Source: Candidatus Xenobia bacterium
Lineage (GTDB): Bacteria; Vulcanimicrobiota; Xenobia; Xenobiales; QWHO01
DNA length: 64,000 nt
Reading direction: 5' to 3'
NCBI GenBank assembly: GCA_045863235.1
Contig: BTUM01000031.1
Span: 15,623-79,622 of the forward strand
Shown: in pieces, positions 10,018 to 21,522 of the stretch
Position numbering within the stretch: the first letter of the stretch is position 1
How the letters are laid out: each line of letters opens with the position of its first letter
Made by a program: the position numbers and the translations under genes
Notes under the pieces: generated by a model
What the model was told of the DNA's origin: nothing
Seen by the model: the letters and a program-made list of their open reading frames with translations, nothing else
Databases searched by the model: none

Positions 10018-10239
10018 GACGAAAATGCATTCGGGGCTCCGGTTCGGTGATGGATCATGATCCGCTTCCGGGCAGGATCACGACGAAAACGTATTCGGGG
10101 CTCCGGCCCGCTGATGGATCATGATCCGCTTCCGGGCAGGATCACCACGAAAACGTATTCGGGGCTCCGGCCCGCTGATGGTTCATGATCCGCTTCCGGG
10201 CAGGATCACGACGAAAACGTATTCGGGGCTCCGGTTCGG
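10018..10239. repeat. intergenic tandem repeat, 64-bp unit, ~3.5 copies
   Basis: Units start at 10018, 10082, 10146 and 10210; contains the palindrome GGATCATGATCC. Confidence 0.95.
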
Positions 10240-10279
10240 GGGCTGGGCCACCCGGTGAGTCGGATGCGCCCGTGGCCGT

Positions 10280-12412
10280 TCAGTCGTTGCCAGCCACGAC
10301 CACGTTGTCGAAGTAGACCCCATCGGCGGTGATCGACCGGTCGGTCTTGAGGCGGAAGCGCACCTGAACGTCCTTGCCATCAAAGGCGGACAGGTCGATG
10401 GACTGCTTTTTCCAATCCGACTCGCCGGTAAAGTTGGCCAGGGGGCTCCAGCGGCGGCCGCCGTCCTGGCTGGCCTCCACGAACAGGTTGTCGTGCCGGT
10501 CCTCCATCTGGTGCTTGAGGTCGAAGTAGAGGCGCGACCCGGTCATTCCGGCCAGCGAGAATCTCTGGCTGGTGACCGACCAGTCCTTCTTGTTGCCGTA
10601 GTTGCCACCGGGGCTGTCGGTCCAAACCTTGCCGCGACCCGGCATTTCGACCTGGGCCCAGGTGCCCTGAGCGGTCCACTTCTCGGCTCCGCCATCGGCG
10701 TTGTCCTCGAAGGCTACCCTGGCGGCGGGAACCTGGACCTGGGTGGTGGACAGCTCCGAGCCGTTGCCGGCGTTGTCGACCGCCTTGAGGGCGAAGTAGA
10801 GGGTGCGCTCGGAGCCGGCCGGGGTGAGATCCACCCGCGCGTTCTCCTCCAGGCCCGAGTTCTGAGGGCGTCCGGTCGGAATCAGGGCGGCCCGCTGGAA
10901 GGAGGCCTCGTCGGTGATGGGCTGATCGGACATGCGCAGCTCGTAGCTCGAGGCGTTGCCCTCGGTGCCGTCATCGCCGGGAGCCACCCAGCCCAGGCTG
11001 ACCAGGCGCGAGGTGACGGTTCGGCTGCCGAAGTTGGCGGGAGCCGAGGGCGGCGTCTGGTCGTTCTCGAGGGCGTTCTTGGCATTGAGCTTGCCACCGG
11101 TGACCGCCTTGCCACTCAAAGCAGTGATCGGGATGGCGCCCCGCAGGATGCGGTCCTTGATCTCCTCGTTGGAGGCGTTGGGGAAGGCCGAGACCACCAG
11201 AGCGGCCACGCCGGAAACGTGGGGGCAGGCCATGGAGGTGCCGCTCATGGTGCCGTACCGGCCGTCCTTTACAGTCGAGTAAATGTCCACGCCGGGCGCG
11301 CCGATGTCCACCGTGGTGGCTCCGTAGTTGGAGAAGGAGGCCAGGCGGTCGCGGCTGTCCAGAGCCGCCACCGAGACGATGTTGCCCAGGTCGTAGGAAG
11401 CCGGGTAGGCGGGGCTGCGGTCGTTGTTGTTGGACTCGTTGCCGGCCGCGAAGATGTGCAACGCGGGCGAGGCCTTGAGAGAGTCGTAGAGAGCCTGGTT
11501 GAACCCGCCGCCGCCCCAGGAGTTGGAGGTGATGCGGGCGCCTTTCTCGGTGGCGTACATGACCGCCTTGATGGCCCCGGCCGTGGAGCCCGAGCCCGAG
11601 CCGGAGAGGAACTTGGCAGCCATGATCTGCCCTTCCCAGTTCACGCCCACCACACCGTGGCCGTTGTTGCCCTCGCCGGCGATGGAGCCGGCGCAGTGGG
11701 AGCCGTGGCTGTGGTCGTCGAGCGGGTTGCCGTTGTTGGCAAAGCTGTTGATGCCGAAGACGTCGTCCACCAGGCCGTTGCCGTCGTTGTCGATGCCGTC
11801 GCCGGGGACCTCGCCGGGGTTGCGCCACATGTTGTTGCGAAGGTCGGGATGGTTGTAGTCCACGCCGGTGTCGATGACGCACACCACCGGGCCGCCGTCG
11901 CGCTTGCCGGTGGTCACGCTCCAGGCCTCGGGGGCCTCGATGTTGCGCATGCCCCAGAGCCGGTTGTCGAGGTCGTTGGGGATCTTCTGCTCGGTCGCCT
12001 TCAGCACGTCGTTGGCGCAGGCGTAAGCCACCTGAGAGTCCTTCTCCATGGCGGCGATGGCCTGAGCCGTGGTCATCCCGTCAGCCAGCTTGAGGTGGAC
12101 CAAGTCGCCCCCGAACTCTTGCAGCATCTGGTCGGGCACCCGGAAGCGCTCGATCATGCTGGCGCCGTAACGCGAGGCGAAGTCCTCCATGCCCTGCAGG
12201 GTCATCCCTGGCTTGAGCTTGACCAGCACCTCCCCCTCGTAGTGCTCGGCCAGCTTGGTCTCGAGCGAAGCGGCTTCCTCGGCGGTCTCCTGCAGGATTT
12301 TGGAGAGGTCGAGCTGCACCGAGTCCTGGGGCCCCTCGTTCCTGGGCGGCGCGGCGGCCGCGGCGGGGGCGCTGTAGGGGCGGACCGGGGATGAGTTGAG
12401 GGAGTGGATCAT
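10280..12412 (-). CDS. subtilisin-like S8 serine peptidase with propeptide, FN3 and C-terminal beta-sandwich domain
   Basis: VIDTGVD, HGSHCAG, AAGN, SGTSMACPHV; AGGAGG before ATG 12412. Confidence 0.93.
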   Translation of the reverse strand: MIHSLNSSPVRPYSAPAAAAAPPRNEGPQDSVQLDLSKILQETAEEAASLETKLAEHYEGEVLVKLKPGMTLQGMEDFASRYGASMIERFRVPDQMLQEFGGDLVHLKLADGMTTAQAIAAMEKDSQVAYACANDVLKATEQKIPNDLDNRLWGMRNIEAPEAWSVTTGKRDGGPVVCVIDTGVDYNHPDLRNNMWRNPGEVPGDGIDNDGNGLVDDVFGINSFANNGNPLDDHSHGSHCAGSIAGEGNNGHGVVGVNWEGQIMAAKFLSGSGSGSTAGAIKAVMYATEKGARITSNSWGGGGFNQALYDSLKASPALHIFAAGNESNNNDRSPAYPASYDLGNIVSVAALDSRDRLASFSNYGATTVDIGAPGVDIYSTVKDGRYGTMSGTSMACPHVSGVAALVVSAFPNASNEEIKDRILRGAIPITALSGKAVTGGKLNAKNALENDQTPPSAPANFGSRTVTSRLVSLGWVAPGDDGTEGNASSYELRMSDQPITDEASFQRAALIPTGRPQNSGLEENARVDLTPAGSERTLYFALKAVDNAGNGSELSTTQVQVPAARVAFEDNADGGAEKWTAQGTWAQVEMPGRGKVWTDSPGGNYGNKKDWSVTSQRFSLAGMTGSRLYFDLKHQMEDRHDNLFVEASQDGGRRWSPLANFTGESDWKKQSIDLSAFDGKDVQVRFRLKTDRSITADGVYFDNVVVAGND

Positions 12413-12584
12413 GATTCCTCCTGTGCTGATGGCCATTGCATCCTAATGGGTTCAAGCCTCGGGAGGGTGAACGAGTTTTGAACAATTCGAACATGGCCAG
12501 CGAAGCGCGCAGTTGGTCGTGAGCCTGGAGCTCCGGGGACATGAGCCCGGTCCTGCGAGCTGCGCCAGGCGCACCGGCTCAACG

Positions 12585-12614
12585 AAAGAGAGCCCCGGCA
12601 TTGCGGGGCTCTCT
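12585..12614 (-). terminator. intrinsic terminator of 12636..12977
   Basis: 11-bp stem agagagccccg/cggggctctct followed by T-rich tract on minus strand. Confidence 0.75.
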
Positions 12615-12635
12615 GTCAACTCGAACCGGCAGACT

Positions 12636-12977
12636 TTACTTGATGCGGGCCAGACCGCCGGGCTCCAGGATGACCTGGGTGGCGGTGATCAGGTCCACGT
12701 CGTGCCACTCGAGCGAGTTGCCATCGGAATCCTCGACCCGAATGTCCCACAGCTCGGCCTCGGTATCGGGATCGAAAACGACCAGAACGTCTCCACCGGC
12801 GATCAGCTGCTTGCCGCCGAGGAGGTCTTCCTCCCAGTCTTTGGAGTCGGCCGGCGCGACGTAGAGGGCGAAGATGTCAACGCCCGTGCGGTTGAAGAGC
12901 TGGAAGTCCTGGTCACCTGCCAGAGCCGGCAGGACCAGAGTGATGAGGGCTACCAGGATGAAGGCATACTTTCGCAT
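12636..12977 (-). CDS. small secreted protein
   Basis: Sec signal peptide (MRKYAFILVALITLVLPALA); DFQLFNRTG...YVAP...WEEDLLG pattern. Confidence 0.8.
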   Translation of the reverse strand: MRKYAFILVALITLVLPALAGDQDFQLFNRTGVDIFALYVAPADSKDWEEDLLGGKQLIAGGDVLVVFDPDTEAELWDIRVEDSDGNSLEWHDVDLITATQVILEPGGLARIK

Positions 12978-12987
12978 GCCGGGGCGG

Positions 12988-13064
12988 TTCTACACTCCCG
13001 CGCGTTGACCTCTTGAGAATTGAAACGCGCGGGAGTGGAGACAATCTGTTCAACGGCGCCTTAG
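12988..13064 (+). repeat. dispersed palindromic (REP-like) element, copy 1
   Basis: Hairpin actcccgcgcgtt...aacgcgcgggagt; matches the reverse complement of 47344-47417. Confidence 0.85.
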
Positions 13065-13082
13065 AAGAACCCGGATCCCGCT

Positions 13083-14024
13083 TCAGGGGGCCAGAACCAC
13101 GACAGGGGCGCCCGGCTGCCCAACCTGGAAGAGATAAGCAGGCGCCTTGTCGCCAGCGGTTTCCCAGGAAGCAAGGACCCGCTGGCCGTCGGGCGAGACC
13201 GCCCAGAGCTTCAGGCGAGACACGTCGTTGCCCCAGCGCTGCACAGCCTTGCCTTCCGACCAGACGCCGGTGGCGTCGGCGGTGTAGAGCCGGCCCTGAC
13301 TGTCCCACTGCACAGGGGAGCCCAGTCCCTTCAGCACGAGGGGGCTCTTGGGACGGGCCAGGTGCACGATGCGAGCGCCCCAGCTGCCGTCAGATTTCGG
13401 ATAGTTGAGCAGCAGGCTGTCCGCGCGTGGATGCCATTGCACCCCGACATAAGATGCAGGCACTCGGGAGACCATCTGAGCGGCGCCGTTCTTGACCAAC
13501 CAGATCTCGGTGCTCCAGGTGGTCTTGCCGCGCACCGTGCGGCGCAGCACCAGTTGCTTTCCATCCGGCGCCAGCGTGGCCGAGGCCCGTATGCCCTCGG
13601 GCAGAGGGGCGACCACCCGGGTCCGCCCGCTCAGATCGACGGCCAGCAGGTAGCGGTTATCGGCGCTCAGGAAGAAGGCCTCCTGGCCTGTGCAGCTCAA
13701 CGGGACGGCCGCAGCCGGCAATTGGATGCGGCTCTCGGGCCCGCCCGGAGTCAGGATGCGCACGCCACCTTGTCCCTCGTCGAGCACGATCTGGCCCTGG
13801 GGTGTCCACCCCACCAGCGAGATTCCGCGCTGGGGCAAAGCCTGCTTGAACATCTGCCCTTCGCGACCGAGCACCCAGAGCTCGAGGCTGGCGGGACCCC
13901 CGACCAGCATCGCCAGGCGCTGGCCCGTTGGCTCCCACTGGGCAGTCAGGACCTGACGCTCGCTGTCGGCACGAGCGGTGGCCAGAAGCAAGACGACCAG
14001 CAACCCGGTGACAAGCTTTCGCAA
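13083..14024 (-). CDS. secreted beta-propeller (TolB/WD40-like) protein
   Basis: Signal peptide; repeated W-x-P-x-G / SPDG blade motifs. Confidence 0.7.
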   Translation of the reverse strand: MRKLVTGLLVVLLLATARADSERQVLTAQWEPTGQRLAMLVGGPASLELWVLGREGQMFKQALPQRGISLVGWTPQGQIVLDEGQGGVRILTPGGPESRIQLPAAAVPLSCTGQEAFFLSADNRYLLAVDLSGRTRVVAPLPEGIRASATLAPDGKQLVLRRTVRGKTTWSTEIWLVKNGAAQMVSRVPASYVGVQWHPRADSLLLNYPKSDGSWGARIVHLARPKSPLVLKGLGSPVQWDSQGRLYTADATGVWSEGKAVQRWGNDVSRLKLWAVSPDGQRVLASWETAGDKAPAYLFQVGQPGAPVVVLAP

Positions 14025-14099
14025 AGGCCCTCCGATCCTATTGTAGCAAGCCTGCGCAACTGTTGAAAAATCTTAACCTCTGTTCGACAGGAGGGGAGG

Positions 14100-15905
14100 T
14101 TGAAAGAAACTAACCACCCGAACGTGAGCACCCCACTTCACCTCCTCAAGTCCGTCTTCGGCTACGAGTCGTTCCGAGGATTGCAGGCCGGCATCATCGA
14201 GCACGTTTTGCAGGGCCAGGATGCCCTGGTCATCATGCCCACCGGGTCGGGCAAGTCGCTCTGCTATCAGATTCCTGCCCTGGTCAAGCCGGGTCTGGCG
14301 GTGGTCGTCTCGCCCCTGATCGCCCTCATGCGCGATCAGGTTCAGGCCCTCCGCCAGTGCGGCGTGCCGGCCGCATACTTGAATTCAAGTCTATCCCTGG
14401 AGCAGGCCCGCGAGGTCGAAAGCCAGGCAGTCAGCAACCAGCTCAAGCTGCTTTACGTGGCCCCCGAGCGGGTAGCCACCGAGCGCTTCCGCAGCTTGCT
14501 CAAGCGACTCGACCCGTCCCTGTTCGCCATCGACGAAGCCCACTGCGTCTCGCAGTGGGGGCACGACTTCCGACCCGAGTATCTGGAGCTGAGTCGCCTC
14601 CATGAAGAGTTCCCGGACGTGCCCCGCCTGGCCCTCACGGCCACGGCCGACCAGGCCACCCGCGAGGACATCCTGGCCCGGCTCGGGCTGCACCAGGCCC
14701 GCTCCTTCATCGGCGGCTACGACCGGCCCAACATCCGCTACACGGTCGTACCCAAGGAGAACGGCAAGAAGCAATTGCTCGAGTTCCTGCGCGAGCGTCC
14801 GATCGACCAGAGCGGCATCGTCTATTGCCTGTCCCGCCGCAAGGTGGAGGAGGTGAGCGCCTGGCTCGTGCAGCAAGGGCGAAGGGCGGTTCCCTACCAC
14901 GCTGGCCTCGACACCCAGGTGCGCAACCTCCATCAGGAAAGGTTCTTGCGCGAGACCGGTCTGATCGTGGTGGCCACCATCGCCTTCGGGATGGGCATCG
15001 ACAAACCGGACGTTCGCTACGTCGTGCACCTGGATATGCCCCGCTCGATCGAGGCCTACTACCAGGAAACCGGTCGAGCCGGGCGCGACGGCCTGCCGGC
15101 CGAGGCCTGGATGGCCTATGGCTTCGCCGACGTGGTTGCCCATCGCCAGATGAGCGCCCAGTCCCAGGCCCAAGACTCCTTCAAGCGCGTCGAGCAGCGC
15201 CGGCTGAACGCCTTGCTGGGCTACTGCGAGACAGTGCGCTGCCGGCGCCAGGTGCTCTTGGAGTATTTCTCCGACAGCTGCGCCCCCTGCGGCAATTGCG
15301 ACACCTGCCTGGCCCCGGTGGAGAGCTGGGATGGGACCGAGGTGGGCCAGAAGGCCCTGTCGGCCGTCTATCGCACCGGCCAGAGATTTGGCGCCGGCCA
15401 TCTGATCGACCTTCTGCGCGGTCACGAGACCCCGCGGATGCGCTCGCTCGGCCATGTGTCCCTGCCCACCTTCGGGGTGGGCAAGGAGCTCGACGAGAAA
15501 CAGTGGAGCTCGGTGTTCCGCCAGCTGGTTGCGGCCGGCTACCTCACGGTCGATCTGGCCGGGCATGGGAGCCTGACCTTCACCCCACGCAGCTCAGCGC
15601 TGCTCAAGGGCCAGGAGCGCATCGAGCTGCGCCGGGACCGCAAGCGTTCGAGCAAGTCCGCTCCTCGCTCGACCACGATGGACGTGGACGTGGACGAAGG
15701 CCTGCTGGCCCGCCTGAAAGCCAGGCGCCGAGAGCTGGCCCAGGAGCAGAACCTGCCCCCTTACTGCGTGCTGCACGACTCCACCCTGATCGAGATGGCC
15801 CGCTCGCGCCCCGCCAGCCGGGCCGAGCTATCGCGCATCTCAGGCTGGGGCGAGGTGAAGCTGGGTCGCTACGGGGATGAGTTCCTGGCCGTGCTCAGCG
15901 CTTGA
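14100..15905 (+). CDS. recQ: ATP-dependent DNA helicase RecQ
   Basis: MPTGSGKSLCYQ, DEAHCVSQWGHDFRPEY, QETGRAGRDG, RQC cysteines, HRDC domain. Confidence 0.97.
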   Translation: MKETNHPNVSTPLHLLKSVFGYESFRGLQAGIIEHVLQGQDALVIMPTGSGKSLCYQIPALVKPGLAVVVSPLIALMRDQVQALRQCGVPAAYLNSSLSLEQAREVESQAVSNQLKLLYVAPERVATERFRSLLKRLDPSLFAIDEAHCVSQWGHDFRPEYLELSRLHEEFPDVPRLALTATADQATREDILARLGLHQARSFIGGYDRPNIRYTVVPKENGKKQLLEFLRERPIDQSGIVYCLSRRKVEEVSAWLVQQGRRAVPYHAGLDTQVRNLHQERFLRETGLIVVATIAFGMGIDKPDVRYVVHLDMPRSIEAYYQETGRAGRDGLPAEAWMAYGFADVVAHRQMSAQSQAQDSFKRVEQRRLNALLGYCETVRCRRQVLLEYFSDSCAPCGNCDTCLAPVESWDGTEVGQKALSAVYRTGQRFGAGHLIDLLRGHETPRMRSLGHVSLPTFGVGKELDEKQWSSVFRQLVAAGYLTVDLAGHGSLTFTPRSSALLKGQERIELRRDRKRSSKSAPRSTTMDVDVDEGLLARLKARRRELAQEQNLPPYCVLHDSTLIEMARSRPASRAELSRISGWGEVKLGRYGDEFLAVLSA

Positions 15906-17004
15906 CCTCGGCCAACAGCACGGCCATGTCGTCGGTCAGCTTCCCGCCCGAGTGCGCCGCCACCGCATCCTCGATCTTCTTGAGCAGGCCGTGGCAATCC
16001 AGGTTGCGGTGCTCCTTCACAAGCTGGGTCAGCCGGTCGAGCGTGAAGATCTCTCCGTCCGGGCTGCGCGCCTCGTTCACGCCATCGGTGAACAAGATCA
16101 CGCGGTCGCCTTCCTCCAGTTTGAGGCTGCGCTCCTCCCACTGCACCTGCTCGAAGATGCCTACCGGAATACCGTCCGAGCGGGCCAGCTCGACCTGGCC
16201 ATCCTTGCGCAAGATGAGACCCTGATTCTGTCCGGCCGAGGCGTAGGTCAGAGTGAACGTCTCTTCATCGTAGACGGCATAGAACAGGGTGGTGAACCAG
16301 TTGGAGTCGTGGCTGGCCAGACGCACCAGGCGCCGGTTGAGCTTGTCGATGACCACCGAAGGGGAGGGGCTCTGCTTGCCCCATTCGTACATAAACGACA
16401 TGATGATCGCCATCAGCATCGAGGCCGGGATCCCCTTGCCCATCACGTCGCCCACGCAGAACACCACGTAGTGCTCCTGAAAGGGTCGAAAATAGAAGTA
16501 GTCCCCACCTACCGTGGCGGACTGGTGCAAAGCTCCGCAGATCCGCATGCGGCCGAAGTCGTAGTCAGCCGGCGTGAGGGCCATCTGCAGGGTGCGGGCC
16601 AGGCTCAGGTCTTTCTGCACCCGTGATTGCAACCGCTTGACGTCCTTGAACTTGTCCAGGGTGACGACGATGAACAGGGCTACCAGGCTCCACTGGAGCA
16701 ATTGCACCAGATCGGGCAGGATTTGCACGGTCCAGGGGATGCCGTGGCGCAGCCAGGCGACATGGTAAGCCGCCAGGGCGATCGGGAGAACCACCAGACC
16801 ACGGGCACCGAAGACAAAGGCACCCAGGATGACCGGCAGAAAGAAGAGGTCGGCTGGAATGGGGAGCGGCGTAAAGGTGTAGGCCAGCCCTAACAGCAGG
16901 GCGATCAAAAGCGCCCAGACCGCCGCCAGTTTTCCCCGGGGACGGGATAGAACCAACCGCTCGACCGAAGCGTCGACCACCTTGAGCCAGTCAGGAATCA
17001 GCAA
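15895..17004 (-). CDS. membrane-bound PP2C/SpoIIE-family (RsbU-like) phosphatase
   Basis: N-terminal TMs; VGGDYF, GDVMGKG, FTDGVNE, DDMAVL. Confidence 0.92.
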   Translation of the reverse strand: MLIPDWLKVVDASVERLVLSRPRGKLAAVWALLIALLLGLAYTFTPLPIPADLFFLPVILGAFVFGARGLVVLPIALAAYHVAWLRHGIPWTVQILPDLVQLLQWSLVALFIVVTLDKFKDVKRLQSRVQKDLSLARTLQMALTPADYDFGRMRICGALHQSATVGGDYFYFRPFQEHYVVFCVGDVMGKGIPASMLMAIIMSFMYEWGKQSPSPSVVIDKLNRRLVRLASHDSNWFTTLFYAVYDEETFTLTYASAGQNQGLILRKDGQVELARSDGIPVGIFEQVQWEERSLKLEEGDRVILFTDGVNEARSPDGEIFTLDRLTQLVKEHRNLDCHGLLKKIEDAVAAHSGGKLTDDMAVLLAEVKR

Positions 17005-17087
17005 GGGCCGGAAGGTTCGGGGAGTATCCAGTATTTCCTTGGAGGAGAGAGCCAGGAGGAAAGGAATCCTCCCCCGCTTTGCGTGGA

Positions 17088-17921
17088 ATGCGAATCTTGG
17101 TGGCCATCGCCTTGCTGGCAGGGGGGTTCGGGCTGGGCTACCTGGCCGGCGGCCGGGGCTCGGCCTCCACTGTGGCCAGCGTGAACGGTGAACGAATCGC
17201 TCGTGGCGAGTTGAACAGAGAGCTGGAGGCTCGCTTCGGGGCCGAGGTGCTCAACGACATGATCAAGGCCCGCCTGGTGGCTCAGGAGGCCAGCAAGCGC
17301 AAGCTCGCCATCACCCCCGAGGAGCTCAAGAAGCGCGTGGACGCCATGCTCACCGAGCCGGCCGTCAAGGCCATGATCGAAGCCGGGCGAGTAACCCGGA
17401 CCGATCTCGAGCGCAACCTGGCCACTGTGATGCTACTCGACAAGCTGATTCTGTCCAGCATCACCACCGAGCAGCAGAAGACCTACTTCGAAGTGCACCA
17501 GGAGGAGCTCGAGATGGTGCGGGCCCGCCACATCCTGAGCGCCACCGAGGAGGAGGCGCAGCGGCTGGAGGTCAAGCTCATGGAAGGGGCCGACTTCGCC
17601 AAGCTGGCCCGCGAGTATTCCCTGGACGAATCCAGCCGCAACAAGGGCGGCGATCTGGGCTATTTCCGGCGTGGTGAGATCGATCCCACCGTCTCCGAGA
17701 TCGCCTTCCAGACCGAGGTGGGCGAAGTCTCCTCCATCGTGCCCACCCGATTCGGCTACCACCTGCTGCAGGTGACCGGCAAGAAGAACGACTTCAAGTC
17801 GCTCCAATCCAGCGTGCAGGAGGCCATGCTCGAGGCCCGCCGCACTGACTTCGTCAAGGCCCTGGAGAAGGGCGCCAGAATCGAGCGCAAGCTCGTCCCC
17901 AAGGAGAAGGCCGACAAATGA
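17088..17921 (+). CDS. PrsA/SurA-like parvulin peptidyl-prolyl isomerase
   Basis: N-terminal anchor, VASVNGERI, VRARHIL, FAKLAREYS, KGGDLG, FGYHLL. Confidence 0.9.
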   Translation: MRILVAIALLAGGFGLGYLAGGRGSASTVASVNGERIARGELNRELEARFGAEVLNDMIKARLVAQEASKRKLAITPEELKKRVDAMLTEPAVKAMIEAGRVTRTDLERNLATVMLLDKLILSSITTEQQKTYFEVHQEELEMVRARHILSATEEEAQRLEVKLMEGADFAKLAREYSLDESSRNKGGDLGYFRRGEIDPTVSEIAFQTEVGEVSSIVPTRFGYHLLQVTGKKNDFKSLQSSVQEAMLEARRTDFVKALEKGARIERKLVPKEKADK

Positions 17922-18709
17922 CCCCCCGACCCGGAACGCCCGAGTTCGAGAGCCTGCGACCCTTTGACCGGCTGGTGGCCATCATGCAGGCCCTGCGCGC
18001 CGAGGGGGGGTGCCCCTGGGATCGCGAGCAGACGCACCTTACGCTGGTGCGCTACCTGGAAGAGGAAGCCTACGAGGCGGTGGAGGCCATCGAAGCGCTC
18101 GACTTCGAGCGCATGCGTGAAGAACTGGGCGACGTGCTGCTGCAGATCGTGTTCCACGCCCAGATGGCCCGCGAGGAGGGGCGCTTCGACGCCGACGCCG
18201 TCTGCCAGGGGATCGTGGACAAGATGGTCCGTCGCCATCCCCACGTTTTCGGGGAGGCTGGCTCGCTGGAGACGGCCGGGGAGGTGCTGCAACGCTGGGA
18301 GCAGATCAAGCTCGAAGAGAAGGGCGCCAGCAAACGGGAATCGCTGCTCGACGGCATTCCCCCCAAGCTGTCGGCCCTCTTGCAGTCCGAGCGCGTGCAG
18401 GGCCGGGCGGCCGAGGTGGGCTTCGACTGGCCCGACCTTCCCAGCGCCCTTGCCAAGGTGGCCGAGGAGCTCGAGGAGGTCGGCCGGGCCCGCACCCACC
18501 AGGAGGCCGAGGCCGAGATTGGCGACCTCTTGTTTGCCACCGTCAGCGCGGCTCGCAAGCTGGGCGTGAATCCCGAGACCGCCCTCAGGCGAACCCTGCA
18601 CAAGTTCGCCCGGCGCTTTCGAGCGCTGGAGGAGCAGAGCGCGAGGCCTCTGGGCGAGCTCTCGACGCAAGAGCTTCTGGCGGGTTGGCGGGCGGCAGGG
18701 AAGGATTGA
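17918..18709 (+). CDS. mazG: nucleoside triphosphate pyrophosphohydrolase MazG
   Basis: GCPWDREQT, EELGDVLLQIVFH, RRHPHVF, GFDW, EIGDLLF. Confidence 0.95.
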   Translation: MTPRPGTPEFESLRPFDRLVAIMQALRAEGGCPWDREQTHLTLVRYLEEEAYEAVEAIEALDFERMREELGDVLLQIVFHAQMAREEGRFDADAVCQGIVDKMVRRHPHVFGEAGSLETAGEVLQRWEQIKLEEKGASKRESLLDGIPPKLSALLQSERVQGRAAEVGFDWPDLPSALAKVAEELEEVGRARTHQEAEAEIGDLLFATVSAARKLGVNPETALRRTLHKFARRFRALEEQSARPLGELSTQELLAGWRAAGKD

Positions 18710-18741
18710 CCTGCGCTGACACGAAACCCGCGGCGACAACG

Positions 18742-20699
<1,958 letters not shown>

Positions 20700-20796
20700 A
20701 GCGCGCCGGGCACCTGGAGCGAAGCGGGCCTGTGATTTGCCGCGAAGAACCTGAAGGGCCCGACTTCTGCGCGCTGCGCTCATCAGGACAAGAGTT

Positions 20797-21522
20797 CTGA
20801 GAAGACTCTTACGCGTTGCTCTGGCACTGGGGTTGCTGGCGGCTGGTTGCTCGCCGCCCCCCGGGGGCTATCTCGAGTTTGCCTGTGAGCCCATCGCCCC
20901 GGAGCGGGTCAGCGAGCTGGCTGGCCGCTATCGGCAGGGTCTGGTGGTGGGCATCGACGCCAACAGCGAGGCCGAGGCCACCCTGGCCGCAGCCCGTCGG
21001 GCCGGGGCCCGCCTGCACGTCTACCTGGAGGGGCCCGGGGGGCCCACCGGCGCGAGCTGGGCCCCTGACGAGCTCGAGCGCATCCAGGCGGCGGCTCGCG
21101 GTCAGGGCATCGATACCGGTCGCCAGGACTGGATGACCGAGTGGGAGCAACGGGGCTGGAAGAGCCATACCCTGGAGCAGCTCAAGCGATACCGCTCCCA
21201 GGGCTTCGAGTCGGCCGAGATCGACAATCTCTACCGCAACTCTCAGAGCCTGGTGGACTTCTATCGCGAGTATGCCGGTTGGTGGCGCCAGGGGCTGGTT
21301 CCCCGGGCGATGCTCAAGAACGTGAGTCCGGAGGACATGGACTCGCTGTCAGCGGCGATCGGCTCGGGCGAGCTTCCTCGTGCCATGTTCGCCGACTTCG
21401 CCATCTTTGAGTCCAGCGCCGGCGACCCGAGCGAGCCCGTACGGTTGGCCGCCGAGCTCGGGATCAAGACCCTGATCAGCCAGGACACCCACGACTATCG
21501 CGCCAGTGGGGTCTTTCCGTAG
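20797..21522 (+). CDS. lipoprotein, GH114-like (polygalactosaminidase-like) domain
   Basis: Lipobox LAAG-C; frame extends upstream of 20833 to CTG 20797 giving (M)RRLLRVALALGLLAAGC; GFESAEIDNL, MLKN, DFAIFE motifs. Confidence 0.6.
   Translation: MRRLLRVALALGLLAAGCSPPPGGYLEFACEPIAPERVSELAGRYRQGLVVGIDANSEAEATLAAARRAGARLHVYLEGPGGPTGASWAPDELERIQAAARGQGIDTGRQDWMTEWEQRGWKSHTLEQLKRYRSQGFESAEIDNLYRNSQSLVDFYREYAGWWRQGLVPRAMLKNVSPEDMDSLSAAIGSGELPRAMFADFAIFESSAGDPSEPVRLAAELGIKTLISQDTHDYRASGVFP

Noticed and set aside
10018..10239. Possible CRISPR array
   Set aside because: Whole 64-bp units repeat; there are no unique spacers and no cas genes in the window
12636..12977. 'Argininosuccinate lyase' label that I recall being attached to similar small proteins
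   Set aside because: A 113-aa secreted protein cannot be ArgH; no lyase motifs
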